The notes under the pieces: generated by a model
What the model saw: only the letters and a program-made list of their open reading frames with translations
Database searches by the model: none
What the model was told of the DNA's origin: nothing
Source of the DNA: Fistulifera solaris
Taxonomy: Eukaryota
Reading direction: 5' to 3'
NCBI GenBank assembly: GCA_030295235.1
Contig: AP026131.1
Location: forward strand, 1,364,001 to 1,428,000
Length of the DNA: 64,000 nt
In this document: piece by piece, positions 39,110 through 53,131 of the stretch
How the letters are laid out: each line of letters opens with the position of its first letter
Numbering within the stretch: the stretch's first letter is position 1
Made by a program: the position numbers and the translations under genes

Positions 39110-40188
39110 TTTTTCAGTTTAGGCTCTCCATAAAAAACGATCAGCAATAAGCAATAAGGTAACTTGCCATTTTGTGATTCCAACGTCTTTAGTCGGGGTA
39201 GCTCAAACTCTCTGATCCTTCGCGCGGCAATGGTAGTCTGGCAACTCACGTGGAGGATCGATTGGATTGCTTTGGTATTCCTTTCGCATCATGATTGTCG
39301 ATCGTCAAATGCCTGCTTCGGCTTTATCCGTGATAAACTCTCCCTAGACCCTAGAGAAACTGGTTCGTGATTGCTCGAGTCTTTGAGTCTTGGGTCATGA
39401 GTGTTAGAGTGTATATACTTGTATAAGAAGTGATTCTTACCTTCGCCGCTATCCGCGGTCCGCGGCGCGCGATTATTCGCGTTGGTGGCGAAATTCGCTC
39501 GAAATTGCAAAGTCTTAGTCAGCCGTGATACATGCTGTACATGATATCTAATACTAAAACACCCAAGGCGACTATACAGAAAAGACCCTGATAGTGAAAT
39601 GTAGCGAAAGCTCAGCAGTCAGCAGAATATGGAGTGCGTAGTGTGTAGTACGGGCGGAAAAACACTTCAAGGCCCTTATCTCCTTGAGATCTGAGATCAC
39701 AAGCTTGTATCGTATAGCACGTATAACTCCACGTGTCAAAGAGTCACTTGTTGCCGGGAAAACCCAAAGATATTTATGGAAGCGATCGTGCCAAAAATCG
39801 TTTCCGTACACAAAGTCATGAACAGTGAACCCCACCTTTTTATCATAGATCTTGCTTTGACTTCATTTTACTCAGTGAAACTAATCAGTGACCAGTGACC
39901 AATGATTAGTGATTCAGGAACGCACAAAATAATACTAATGTTGCTGGAATAATGAAGAGCAAGACCGAGCTCCTGAGACCTGAGAAACAGTAAAGTAAAC
40001 AAAAGACTAGACCTTGAGAGTCCTTATCAACTAAGCCCAACAGATCATGCTTATTCACTACCCGTCTTTCCTTTCGTTCCCCAACTTCTACGAAGAGCCG
40101 ACTTGGCCTCACAACTTTTGAAATCATCAAAACGTTGTCCTCGTTTTCCTCTTTTTTTCTCTTTGAGTAAACAAAATCAAAGCAAAGA

Positions 40189-43100
40189 ATGAAATTCATC
40201 AGCAGTTTGATATTCGCTGCGGCTCTCCTCGACTCTGTTACAGATGCTCAGGTGAGTCTGAACTCTTGGAAAAGTATTTTGGACGCGAACCACAAGTCCT
40301 GATGTTGCCGCCCTTTTTCGTTTTCCAGGTGACGCCGCGCTTTCTCCGAAAAACCAGTACAAAGAGCTTTTTCTGGTTGCGCTCCCGCGCGAACTCAGGG
40401 CCAATCTTGTCAAGTAACTTACAACACGAACGCCGACAAGTATACGAGTGTCAAAGGCATGGCGTGCGCTTCCGGGCTAGTGTGCTCGGAACTCAACGAC
40501 AACGGCACAGATGGCGCTATCTTCACAGGAATTTGCAATACAGAGGACAGTTATGGTCTTGCAGATCCCGACGGTAACAGCAAATGCGGCTCTCGTCGTG
40601 TAACAATCTGTCATCGCACTTGTTCGCCAACCAACCCTTGGGTGCGAATCACGATTGATTCGAGCGCATGGTATGGGTCGAGGGGAACCGTTGGAGCACA
40701 TCAACAGCACGATGCGTCGAAAGACTGCAACAGGGCCGATCTTTCTCCATGGGGTCCCATCACGAAAGATTATTTGATCAGAGACCACGGAACTCGCTAC
40801 GATGTCAAGGCCAGAAACCCTACGTGGAACTGGTCTCAAGAGAAAGCGTACTGGGCTTACTGGGAACGCGCGTGCCCTTACGTGCGCTCCACAAAGTTGA
40901 ATGGCAAGATGTGCTGCGACTGGACCAAAGGCGAATGCTGCGGTGTTCATCCCAACGACAAGTGTCCTTTGGATCCCAACAAGATGGAGCCAGGGCAGTG
41001 CGGTTGCGGAGTCCCGGATACAGATACGGACCGTGATGGTGTTGCGGATTGTGTTGACCGTTGCCCTGGACACAATGACAGAATGGATGCCGACAGAGAC
41101 GGCATCCCTGATGGATGTGACAGATGCGCTGGAGGCGACGACAAGATTGACACTGACAGAGACGGTGTGCCCGACTTTTGCGATGTTTGCCCCAACAACC
41201 GATTCGTTTCCACAACCAGCGGTCTCAAGGGCTGCACTTGTGCTGCCACCGAAGCCCAATTGCGAACGGGATGTGCGGCTCAGTTGGTAGCATGTCCTAG
41301 ATGTGGTTGTGGACGGCAAGACATAGATACGGATCGCGATGGAACCTTGGACTGCTTCGATGTCTGCCCCAACGATCCCCTAAAGACAACAAGTGCTGGA
41401 CGATGTGGTTGCGGTCGACCGGAAACGGATACAGATGGTGACGGTCTACCAGACTGCTTGGATGTGTGCCCCAACGACAGAAACAAGACCACATGCGCAG
41501 GCCATTGCGGTTGTGGAGCCTCAGAGGTGGATTCGGATGGGGACGGTATGCCTGACTGTAAGGATGGATGCCCTGGGGATCGAACCAAACTTACTCCCGG
41601 AGTGTGCGGATGCGGAGTTTCGGATCGAGATTCGGACACGGACGGAACACCTGACTGCAAGATGGATGTCCTTCGGACAACCTCAAAATTATTCCTGGTA
41701 TCTGTGGATGCGGTGTGTCGGATAGAGATTCGGACTTGGACGGAACGGTTGACTGCAGAGACGAATGTCCGCGTGATCCGCTCAAGACGAAACCAGGCGT
41801 GTGCGGTTGTGGCGTCAGTGATGTTGATAGCGACAAAGATGGAACCCCTGACTGTAAAGATGCCTGTCAAGATGATCCTACGAAGATTGAGCCAGGCCTC
41901 TGTGGATGTGGCAAGAAAGATTCGGACAACGATGGAACATGTGATGCCAACGACCAGTGCCCGTTGGATCCAAACAAGAACCAGAAGGGCAAGTGTGGTT
42001 GCGGTGTGAGTGAAACGGATTCTGACCTTGACGGAACACCGGATTGCATCGATGCATGCCCCATCGATAAGACCAAGGTTGCTCCAGGAAAATGCGGTTG
42101 CGGTGAGGCTGACTTGGATACGGACAAAGACGGTACCATGGATTGTGACGACGATTGCGTCGATGATCCAAAAAAGATTGCCCCAGGGGTGTGCGGCTGT
42201 GGCGTTTCAGAGGTTGATTCTGACAAAGACGGAATCCCTGACTGTGTCGATCAGTGCCCTCAAGATGTTAACAAGATTGTTCCAGGAATTTGTGGATGCG
42301 GTCAATCGGAAAAAGACTCGGACGGTGACGGAACGGTGGATTGTCAGGACAGATGCCCTACCGATCCTTTGAAAACCTGCCCAGAAAAGTGCGGTTGTGG
42401 CAAAATGGAAACGGACACGGACGGCGACGGTACGCCAGACTGTTTGGATACATGCCCCGCCGATCCCAACAAGATTACCCCAGGGGAATGTGGCTGTGGA
42501 ACATCAGACGTCGATTCGGATGGAGATGGTGTCCCTGACTGTAATGACAAGTGCCCTGTTGATCAAGGAAAGACTACCCCAGGGCAGTGCGGCTGTGGCA
42601 AAACGGATGTGGACACGGACAACGACGGAACGGCTGATTGCAACGACAAGTGCCCTACGGACCCCAAGAAGACCGACCCGGGCAAATGCGGATGCGGCTT
42701 GGTTGATGCAGACGCCGACGCTGACGGAAAATGCGACCATGAAGATTCATGCCCCAATGATCCCACGAAGAACGATTTAGGCGTCTGTGGTTGCGGCGTA
42801 GCAGACACGGATGCTGACAACGACGGAACACCTGATTGCGATGATGACTGCCCAGCGGACCCTTCGAAAATCGCTCCTGGGGCTTGTGGATGTGGCACAC
42901 CGGATAATGATAAAGACGGCGACGGAGTCCCTGACTGTAATGACAAGTGCCCTGAAGACGCTGACAAGACGGAACCAGGATTGTGCGGATGCGGTTCTCC
43001 GGATGTGGATGGCGACTCGGATGGAGTCCTTGATTGTGATGACGTTTGCCCGGCCGATCCCGAAAAGGCGACGGAAGAAGGAGAATGCGGATGCGGCGAG

Positions 43101-44759
43101 CCGGAGACGGATTCGGACAACGATGGAACGCCTGACTGCAATGACTTGTGCATTAACGACGTTTACAAGACCGAACCTGGGTTGTGCGGATGCGATGTGC
43201 AAGACACAGATTCGGACAATGATGGAACACCCGACTGTGACGATCTTTGCCCCACGGACCCCTCCAAGACCACCGACGTTGACACAGACGGAGACGGTAT
43301 TTACGACTGTGAGGACGAATGCCCCTTGAACCCTGACAAAACCGATCCTGGAATTTGCGGGTGCGACGAGCCTGATATTGATTCAGACAACGATGGTATC
43401 ATGGATTGCAACGAAGTCCGTGAAGTCCTCAACTTCACCAGTTCCAATCTCATTGCCACACCCGAAAAGTACAAGGAGTGCTTCAAGATTTACAACGGCG
43501 GCAAGAACGACACCACGGCTCCCGAGTTTGTGGAAACTGCCGCTGCTTATTGCCTTGCCGATTGCAAGGCGGGAGCGATGTGCATCAAGGTCCAAGCGGC
43601 TCCCGGAATTCAACTTGGCAACACCGAGGCCTGGTTCAAGGACTACTCGTGCTCCGACAGTGCCATTCAGCCCCTAGCTCCTGGAATCACGCTCACGCGC
43701 GACCTCAACGGCAAGGTCATTACATGGGAAGGTTGTTTTGAACTCCCCGAAGGCGCCACTGGAGAAAACATTCAGATCCACGCTGACTGGGGTTACTCCG
43801 GCAGCATTTCGCTCAACAACACCGCATCGACTGTCATCGGTGCGTCCATGGACTACCCCGAATGTCTCGTTCCGGAAGGCAGCCCCGAAGACACCCCCGT
43901 CGAAACACCTACCGAAATCAGTTCCTCCCCAGTCGCCGCTCCCACTGGTGCGACGATTGACAACGATCCTACGGTCGGTTTCCCCACGGCCAACTCGATT
44001 GGTGACGGCGAATCGGGCGGTGGTTACGGTGATCCTCACTTGAAGACATGGATGGGAGAAGTCTACGATTTTCATGGTGCTTGTGATTTGGTGTTGGTCA
44101 AGACTCCCACCTTCCACAACGGAGCCGGTCTCGACGTCCACATTCGCACCAAGATCCGTGATGACTGGTCGTTCATCTCGGATACGGCGGTTCGCATCGG
44201 CAATGATGTCTTGGAAGTCGGAACTCGTGCTTACTACTACTTGAACGGAGTTGCCGGTGCCGAATTGCCCGCCACGGTCGGTGGATTCCCTCTGACTTTG
44301 ACCCATTTTGGCACCAAGCGTCACAAGTTTGAGATTGATATGGGCCACATGGGCGTGATTGTCATCAAGGTCTTCAACGAGTTCTTGGCCGTAGAAGTCG
44401 ATAACGCACACAGCGACGGCTTCGGTGACAGTGTCGGTCTAATGGGTGCGTTCACGGATGGCAGTTTGGTGGGACGCAATGGTGAAGTTCACGCTGATCA
44501 CAACGAATTTGGCTTGAGCTGGCAAGTTCATGACACCGACGGCAATTTGTTCCAGAAAGTCGAAGGCCCTCAGTATCCTCAATTGTGTCAAATGCCCACT
44601 CCTTTGGCCCTGAAGAATCGTCGCATGTCCGAATCGTTGGTCAGCTTTGAAGATGCCAGCAATGCTTGCGCCGATTGGTCCGAAGAAACGCGCGAGTCTT
44701 GCATTTACGATGTCATGTCGACGGGTGATTTGGACATGGCGGAAGCGGGTGCCTTTTAA
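40189..44759 (+). CDS. Large secreted protein with thrombospondin type 3-like Ca-binding repeats and a C-terminal VWD domain (intron 40252-40328; frameshifts near 40350 and 41660)
   Basis: Signal peptide MKFISSLIFAAALL; more than 20 units of DxDxDGxPDCxDxCPxDPxKxxPGxCGCG; GDPHLKTWMGEVYDFHGACDLVL and CIYDV motifs of VWD. Confidence 0.88.
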
Positions 44760-44906
44760 ATTTCATAGGAAGACTAACTCATATGTAGAACGGATGTGAA
44801 AAGGACCGTCAAAGGAAAGGAATTTATCTGGTAGTGGAAGGAGGCAAAAGGGATGTGTCGCTGATACATTTTTTGCATGTTTCCACACCAAGCTCGTTGT
44901 TATCAT

Positions 44907-45092
44907 TCGACCACGTTCTAGAACGATTCCCCTTCCGCTGTGCCCATCTCTCATTCTGCAATAAAGTCCACTTGTCCCTCGATCCATAATCTCGTCGTCC
45001 ACTCGACCACGTTCTAGAACGATTCCCCATCCGCTGTGCCCATCTCTCATTCTGCAATAAAGCCCACTTGTCCCTCGATCCATAATCTCGTC
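44907..45092. repeat. Two-copy direct repeat, about 90-bp units with a 96-bp period
   Basis: TCGACCACGTTCTAGAACGATTCCCC...CATAATCTCGTC at 44907 and 45003, two mismatches seen. Confidence 0.9.
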
Positions 45093-46085
45093 TTCCTTCT
45101 GGCATTTGTCGTCCAAGCATATGTCGTGGAAAATGAGAGAATGGCCACTAGTTTTAAGCGCTCTGCTTGTTTTTTCAATGCTTTGTGCTTGCCATTGCGC
45201 GATGGCTGCAATTTTCGGGGTCTAGTCTATACATGCACAAACGATCTTCTTGGAGCTTTCGACACTTATGACGGAGGCTTTGCCTGGTTCAAAACGATCG
45301 AGGGTGGTGAAGTCTTGTGGGCTATGGAAGACAACTACGGTTCACGGTGCACTTCGTCGCGCCAGGCGCGGAAGAGGGTAATAAGTATGCTGTGTCCTGT
45401 GGCTCCGTGATTCCGATGCGCCGACGTAAAGTTCCTGACATGCCAGCAACACTTTCGTGTAACTGTTGCTACTCTCCTTTATCATTCGGTATGTCTTACT
45501 TTTGTCTCCGTTACGATTGGTGATTGCAGTCCCACTTTCTGCGCAAAGCAGGTTCGCTCTGGTTGAAGCATTACAGTGAACATTGGTGCAGGAGTAGAAA
45601 GAAACAGACGACTGTAAAAGAGCAAAATAAAGAAAAAGACTTGAGAAGGATTTTTTTTTGTATGATTTGTGATCGAACCGCTTGTAGGCCGGCGCTTTGA
45701 CCCAAAGGGATGATTTATTTACATGACCCGAAAAAGTCGTTACGGTTCTCGTTGTCCGTATTTGCGGCCAGTGTTCTGGTTCGGTTTCGGGTTTTTTCTT
45801 TTCTGATTATTACCGGAGTATGTATTTTTCGATACGATTTTGTCGTCGTCTTTTGTAGTTTATTCCTCTTTGCTTTGATAACTTCTTGAAACTTGGAAGG
45901 CGAAGGAATCTTGACAGCTCGTGTCAAGAAAAACATTCATTGTAAATCATCCTTTCTCATTTATTATTACAACAGAAGGAATTGATTTAGAGAATCATTT
46001 TTAATTGATTTCGAAAGGGCAACAGAAAGTCTCGTGTATCGTTCGAGATCCTTTGACGAATAAACAAAAGAACTCTTTCGAGACA

Positions 46086-49000
46086 ATGACACTTTGGTTG
46101 AAAATCACTGCCTCTTCTTTCTCGCGACGACTATTGACGCACCGCAATCGTACTAGCTGGTTTCGAGCATTCGCTTCGAATGGTCATGACTCAAATCCGA
46201 ACGATGCGTACCGCATTCCGGGCATGTCGCATCAGTATGGAAGTTTGGGTGAGACGCCGACTTCCCTCCATAAATCACAAGAATCGACGGCGTGGCAAGC
46301 ATCTCACAATATCGAAGTGCAGCGTGTGACCCAAAAAGCCATGATTTATGAACTCATTCATGAACAGACAAGAACGATTGAATCCGTTGTACCTTGGTTT
46401 CTCGAAAACATGCCGGCGGTGTAAGTAATGATGGAGAGGCAATGATAAAGATAGCGAGCGAGTGAGCCGTTGGGGAATAACCCTACAAAACGCACTCTAC
46501 CTTCGAGCAATGTCTATGCTCTATATTTTTTCTCATCGATTGCTTCTATTTCACTTTGCAGTTACTTCCAGCAAGTACCCGAACGCTACCGCATGGATCA
46601 CATGAAAGCCATTGCGGCCGTCAAGGATGCGAACATGGATTTGTATCTCAATTTAAAGTCGCACACACTTGATGGTCGCACCGTCTTGACGTTTATTCGT
46701 CCCGGAACAGCCCCCGGTACATTGTTGCACATGGTGCAAGAATTGCCCTACAAGTATAGTCTCGAAATGCCACTCAGCAGATTGCATGTCTTTTCGACCG
46801 TTGATGAAACCATGAGTTTGAATATGTTCGTGTACGGGCATCGTCCCGTGCACGATGAAGATGTCGATATGGATCTCATGGCACTGGCGGAACCGATATT
46901 GGAGTACGCGGCGAATGTGCAACAGGGGATTGTTGTGGATGAAGAACTGCCGCTGTCACCTTTGTTGGAGAGAGAATCGCTTGTCGAATATATGAAAATG
47001 TGTCGACCGACCTATGTGCAAATTGGTCTTATGAATCCGGCGCGGTTTTGTATGCAGCGTTTGTTGTTTGCGGAAGTTTCGGGAACCGAAGGAGTTGCAG
47101 TGCACATTGGTTTGGCGACAGATCAGACGCCCGAAATGCATTTACCGACGAGTGGACCCTTGTATTGGGTGGAAATGGCTGTAGCGAACAGTATTCCGCA
47201 AGTAGCGTTAGAAAATTTGTGACAGTTGTTGTACCATCACAAATTTGATGTTCAACGTGCGCGTTTGGATATTGTGCCTGATGGTGAAAACGGGAGTGTG
47301 ACGATATTGCGGACATTGATCAGTCCCACATCGTTGTTGTCGGCCGACTCCACCACCGACTGGCAAACATTGGCACAAGAACTCAAGCGGGCAAAATGGT
47401 TGGATCCGGATACCGTTGATTTAGTTTTCGGGAAAGAGCCTTGGTTAGGGATTGCGCGAGGGGAAGTCATTACTGCCATGTCTTCGTTGATGCATCCGGT
47501 ATTGACCAAAAATCAACAGCATGGCGTATTCGAAAGCAAATATAGCCGAAGTTGTCCATCAGCACATTGGTCATGCTGCGTTGATTGCGGATCTCTTCTT
47601 GGATCGTTTTCATCCCGACCATCCGCTGACTGACGAGTTGTATCAAAGCAGACGTGACGACTTGACGCAGTTGATTGCGAAGGAAGTTGAGGATCAGGTG
47701 GCTACATCTATTCTGAGTAAAATGCTGGAAATTGTTGATTTTACCTTGAAAACGAATGCGTACATGCCGAATCGGTACGCTTTGGGCCTGCGACTCAATC
47801 CGTCCGTCATGCATGAGCCGGGGAATACCGCCGAACTGCCGTTCGGAGTATTGTTTGTTCATGGTCGTCGTTTCAACGGCTTTCATGTACGATTCCGTGA
47901 TATCAGTCGAGGAGGTCTGCGATTGGTGACGCCCGCCAACACGGAGTTGTATGCTTTGGAGTCAGCTCGACAATACGACGAATGCTACGGATTGGCATTT
48001 GCACAACAACTCAAAAACAAAGATATGTAAGTATGAAATTGTAGTTACAGGCTTTCGCTCTGGATTTTGTTGCAAGTCTAACATTTTTATCCGCTCTAGC
48101 CCCGAGGGAGGCTCCAAAGCCGTGGCTCTGATCAATACCACAGGATTGAACGACTCGGGCAAGTACTTTGTGATGCGCAAATCAGTGAAAGCATTTACAG
48201 ATACCATATTGGATCTTATTGTAGAAACGGAAGAAACAAAGAAGTTCGTTGTGGATCGCCTAGGTCGACCAGAAGTTCTTTATTTGGGCCCGGACGAACA
48301 GATCATTCCCGGGGACATTGAATGGATTGTGAAGAGAGCGGCGGAGCGTGGGCACAATACACCAGCCGCCTTCATGAGTAGTAAACCTAGGGCGGGAATC
48401 AATCACAAACAATTCGGTGTAACAAGTGAAGGAGTGAATGTGTATTTAGATACAGCTCTTCGTCGTGTGGTGAATATAGATCCAAAGAAGGACTCTTTTA
48501 CCATTAAAATGACTGGGGGTCCCGATGGAGATGTCGCGGGCAATGAGATTAAAATTTTGGTTCGAGAGTACGGTGAAAATGTTAAGATTGTTGGAATTGC
48601 GGACCACTCCGGCTGTGCAGAAGATCCTGATGGTTTGAACCATGACGAGTTGTTGCGACTGGTCCGTTCGGCATTATGCATTTCCCATTTTGATACAACA
48701 AAACTTGGACCGTCGGGCAAGCTGCACACCACTGACACCCCTGAAGGTACCAAAGCCCGCAATACGATGCACAATAGGTTGGAAGCCGATGCATTTTTTG
48801 CCGTGTGGAGGACGTCCGAATACAATTGACTGTTCCAATTACAAGAACTTTATAAAAGCGGATGGCCGTCCTTCAGCACCGCTCATTGTTGAAGGTGCCA
48901 ATCTGTTTATCACAAAAGATGCCCGCAAATCGTTGTTTCAAGATGCTGGTGTTGTCATTGTCAAAGATTCATCGGCCAACAAGGGGGGCGTGATTACATC

Positions 49001-49582
49001 GTCGTACGAGATCTGCGCCGCCATGCTGTTGTCAGAAGAAGAATTTGTCGCCAACAAAACACAGATCGTACAGGAAGTGCTGGAGAAATTACGAATGCTG
49101 GCCAAATTGGAAGCGGAGCTCTTATTTCGTGAATATGAAGCTCATGGTGGTTCGCTTCCCGAAATATCTCAAGTCATTAGTAACTGCATTAATGCAGCCA
49201 CTGATGCACTGGCGTTGGCGTTGGATTCTTTGTCGGAAGCCGATCAAGAAGCTCTATTGCCTCTTTTCAAATGCATTTGCCCAAGACGATTGCTGATTTA
49301 GCGTTTGATCGAGTTCATGAACGAGTACCGAAGCAGTACATCAAGAATGCAATTAGTTCTGCTTTAGCCGCGAAAATGGTATACAAGGAAGGGACGACCT
49401 TTATCATGTCACTTCCCAAAGAAAAGTTGGCGACAATTTTGTTTCAGTATTTGGAGAAAGAAAAGGAAGTTGCCATATTGCTGCAATCACTGGAGAATGT
49501 GGAAATGTCGGAGGATAAGAAACGGGCCGTGATTGAACTCTTGGAAAAAGGAGGCGCTCGCACGGCTTTGGGAGTTTATTAA
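46086..49582 (+). CDS. GDH: Large NAD-dependent glutamate dehydrogenase, probably mitochondrial; introns 46421-46561 and 48027-48099; several frameshifts and an in-frame TGA at 47220
   Basis: GFHVRFRDISRGGLRLV, QQLKNKDIPEGGSK, YLGPDE, GINHKQFGVTSEGV, TGGPDGDVAGN, VEGANLF, KDSSANKGGV. Confidence 0.95.
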
Positions 49583-50029
49583 AAAGTGCTGCCATTACAA
49601 TCCTAGTTTAGGAAGAACGACAAGGGAACCTAGTAATTATGTAACCACATGTATTTTGTCAAAAAGTTGTCTTGTGTGATTCAATTTACGGATGTGGATG
49701 AAATTCCAACGCATATTTTTCTCTTGTAAAACAAAACATAATTGAAATGTTTCGTGTCGGCTATGAGAATGGTACTACTTGCTTCGGTGGTATGTGGCAT
49801 CTCAAGATTCTGGACGATTCGTGGTCTCCTAGTTTTCCAGCGAGTCCTCAGTATTTCACTTTTCAGTGGTTTTACTTCAAGCCTCCTCGCGAGATGACTG
49901 GACTGACGGAGTCGGTTCTTTACATGCACGAACGATGAAACTGAAGCTTTTACCACTTGTGCCGAGGCTTTGCCCCTGTAGCAACTGTCGATGATAGTGA
50001 CTTTTGTGTTTCGTTAGACATCTACGGTC

Positions 50030-50300
50030 CTGGGTGCACTTCATCTCGCAATTGCGTGAGACACCCGCGTTAAGTTCCTGACACGGTTGCTTTATGACTC
50101 CGTTAGCTTTGCCTGCGTAGCGACTGGAGATTGCATTCTTATTTTTCGTGGCAAGCAAATCCACTCTGGTTAGAAAGTCATCGTCCAAGAATGTCATTAC
50201 CACATTCGATCCTCGTTTCGCGAGGGCAGACACAACGCTTTCCCAATTCCACTACCACCACCACCCGTCACTAAAGCCAATCGGCGACATGCTTCTTCCT
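50030..50300 (-). pseudogene. Degraded N-terminal fragment of a short-chain dehydrogenase/reductase
   Basis: LALVTGGGGSGIGKAL followed, after a frameshift, by ALAKRGSNVVM and later LNAGV; the rest is not recognisable. Confidence 0.5.
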
Positions 50301-50568
50301 TTTTCAAAAAACGGTCGGAAACGCCAAGAGTAGGGCGAGTGCGGTCGAAAGAGGTGACGCGAAGGCTACGAGAGATTCGCACATCGTTTCTGTTGCTGGC
50401 ATTTCGTCTAGTTTCTTATCCGCCCTTGCTATAAAGGATACCCAAATTGAAACGAATAAATGGATACGGCAATGAACGACAATGCACTCAATACCAATTT
50501 TTTCAATGCAGCGATGATGATCTTTTTGTGCGTGTCATACATTACAGGAATTCCCCGATCCAGCTGCT

Positions 50569-51189
50569 TTACTTCCACCGTCCCACACGTTGCCACCAAT
50601 CCAGTTGATCTCCAAATTGCTGCATTTTCTTCTCTTTGCGTGTACTCTCTGACTTTGGTAAGTTTTCTTTATCATCATAGTCTATTGGCAGCGCTTCGGC
50701 AATTGGATAATGTTCCATGACGTGTTGGTGATTGTTGACAATGAATCCAGCCGCTTGACGATGAACCATGAGTTCCCAGCGAGCCTGAATCGCCTGTTTG
50801 CGGTGTTCATTGTAGGCCAAAGCTACTTCAGCAAGTTCCTTTCGAATCGTTTGTTGGTCCTCCGCAGTTTGCTGTAATAAAGTCTCGTATCGTTGATATT
50901 CTTGCTGCATCAATTGCACGTAGAGACGGATTTTTTGACCCTGCTTTCCCAATGCTTTTCCGATCGATCCCTGTAACTCTTCTTCAATCGTCTTGAGATG
51001 CAAGGAAGGATCATGGGTATCCCGAATGAGTTCGAGGTATGGGTTGTTCTTTTCGGTTTCGGTGTTTTTCACACGAACAGCGGCTCGTTGCCACGTCGGG
51101 GCAGAATTGGCGGAGAGAGCACGAACGGCGCCGTGTCGGTGGACTAATTGAATGATGTGTGGATATATTTTGTGGAGAAAGAAAGTCAT
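50569..51189 (-). CDS. Hypothetical helical protein, possibly mitochondrial
   Basis: Intact 206-aa ORF with protein-like composition (ARWELMVHRQAAGF; FGDQLDWWQRVGRWK). Confidence 0.65.
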   Translation of the reverse strand: MTFFLHKIYPHIIQLVHRHGAVRALSANSAPTWQRAAVRVKNTETEKNNPYLELIRDTHDPSLHLKTIEEELQGSIGKALGKQGQKIRLYVQLMQQEYQRYETLLQQTAEDQQTIRKELAEVALAYNEHRKQAIQARWELMVHRQAAGFIVNNHQHVMEHYPIAEALPIDYDDKENLPKSESTRKEKKMQQFGDQLDWWQRVGRWK

Positions 51190-52063
51190 GATCGATTAGA
51201 ATGCAAGGTACCGGTACTTGTATATTGGTCGCAAATGAATGATATTGGATGAATGATGAATGGCACTGCGTCGCAGCTAGCAGCTATCGGCCTCGATGAT
51301 GCTGATGCCGCGTGACATTTCAGTCAATTAAGGCTAGGGATGGTGAATGACTACCGGAGAGAGGGATCAGTTTTTAGTTTTTAATAATATCTTGTGCCCC
51401 AATTTCGCCGCGGTTTGATCTCATTGACTATAAGCCTTTGAAATGTCATGCAGTCTGTACATAGTACTATTGACAAATCTTGTGAAATTTCTTCGTTAAG
51501 ACTTAAGACTTGGTGCTTGGTGCTTCGGGGAACGACAATAAATAGACGATCAACGACTACATATATAAGCCCTGTCCCTGTCCCTTTTATTATTTATGTA
51601 AAGGACCCCCAACGGAAAATTCAATCGTTTGATAGGGCTTAACTAAATATTTCGCTTTTATACACTTTGAACCTGAAAGTATCGTTCAATGAAAATAATA
51701 GGGCGAACGAACGAGTGGACTTTGAATAATGACTCGATATTTTTAGCCACTGAATAACGGAGAAATACAGAGTACGATTGGTGACTATGATAAAAACAGA
51801 ACTACAGAACTACACAAGGTCGACGAAGAAGACGAAGCCGAAAGTCATCAAAAATAAAACGGGTCTTTCCTTGCAAAAGACATTCGTGTCCCTCGTTCAC
51901 CACCATTTTTGGAAGCAAAAGTCTTCACAAGTACATCGCCCAATTTTCCGCGAGGTGCACCAACAACTGTTTTCCTTGGAAAAGGCTCTCGCTTCTGATT
52001 GTGCCCGAACAAAAATACTCCCTCATCATTCGTTCTCGTTGGAGTGACAGCATTCTGTTTGCC

Positions 52064-53131
52064 ATGACGATCAGTTCTTATCACGACTTTTACGCGGTCG
52101 ACGTCGCCGACGTACGATCCCAAATGAATATCCCCCCTATGCAAGCGCAAAGGACCACGCGGTGGAGTCGTTAATCCATTTCCAGTGAAACTTTTTACAA
52201 TGTTAGAAACGACTTGCGAGGAAGGACTGGAGCATGTTGTTTCGTGGCAAGTACACGGTCGTTGTTTCATGATTCACAAGTCGGATCGATTCGTTGCGGA
52301 TGTTCTGCCGAAGTAAGTCTGTAGCTGTGTTGACGCTGGTCGAATCTGAACAACGAATCTCATTTTTCCGTATCAGATTTTTTAAACAGTCCAAGCTGGC
52401 GTCGTTTCAAAGACAGCTCAATTTGTGGGGCTTCCAAAAAGTGGTGAATGGGCCCGACCGTGGTGGTTATTACCACGAACTGTTCTTACGAGGACGACCC
52501 GATCTGGCCCCCCCTCATGTTACGAGTTAAAGGATGTGCCATGGAAGGGGTGGTTGTCAAGGACAGTCATGGAACGGAGGACCCGAACTTTTATTCGTAT
52601 CCGTACTGCGAGACAGACAAGGTCCCTAGTTTGACATCTTCGTCTGAAATGAGGGCAAATCTGATTGAACCATCCACACCACCCGATTCGCCTCGATCGG
52701 ACCCTGTTATTCAATCATCACCACCACGTAGAAGGAAACGACAGAAACCGACCAAAGCCATGGTAACACCACCCTACAAAAAGAAGGAAGCTGTGGGCTT
52801 GTCGGATGACGATCAACGAGACATGGACGAATCATCACGCTGGGGCCACGAACGACGAAAACTTGATTTTTCTCCGCCTCAGAACCTTCGTGAATTGCAT
52901 CGAACGTTTGCCAAGGAAGAGGAGGAAGATGAAGATACGAGTGAATCTACGGATTTCTGGAACATCTCCGCCGATGAACTGTTTGGCGGGCGGACATTTC
53001 AAACCGTCGAAGAATGCAATGCACAAGCACTGGAGTCGATATTGAGCTTAGAAGAAGAAGCTTTGTACGCCAAATCGGTGTTATCCGAAGTAAAAAAGAT
53101 GAAACTGTGCCTCAATCTGTGTTCTTATTGA
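52064..53131 (+). CDS. Heat-shock-factor (HSF) family transcription factor; intron 52313-52376; frameshifts in C-runs near 52135 and 52512
   Basis: PRGGVVNPFPVKL, VVSWQVHGRCFMIH, FFKQSKLASFQRQLNLWGF, YYHELFLRG. Confidence 0.92.

Noticed and set aside
40960..43415. Regular repeats as a CRISPR-like array; long antisense ORFs over them
   Set aside because: Repeats vary at third codon positions and encode TSP3-like units; no cas genes; the antisense ORFs are shadows of the coding repeat
44763..45523. Small ORFs around the 96-bp-period repeat as a gene
   Set aside because: No coherent frame or recognisable motif; ORF length is inflated by the in-frame duplication
5525..49582. PEPC plus GDH as a carbon/nitrogen metabolic gene cluster
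   Set aside because: They are about 37 kb apart with unrelated genes and transposons between them
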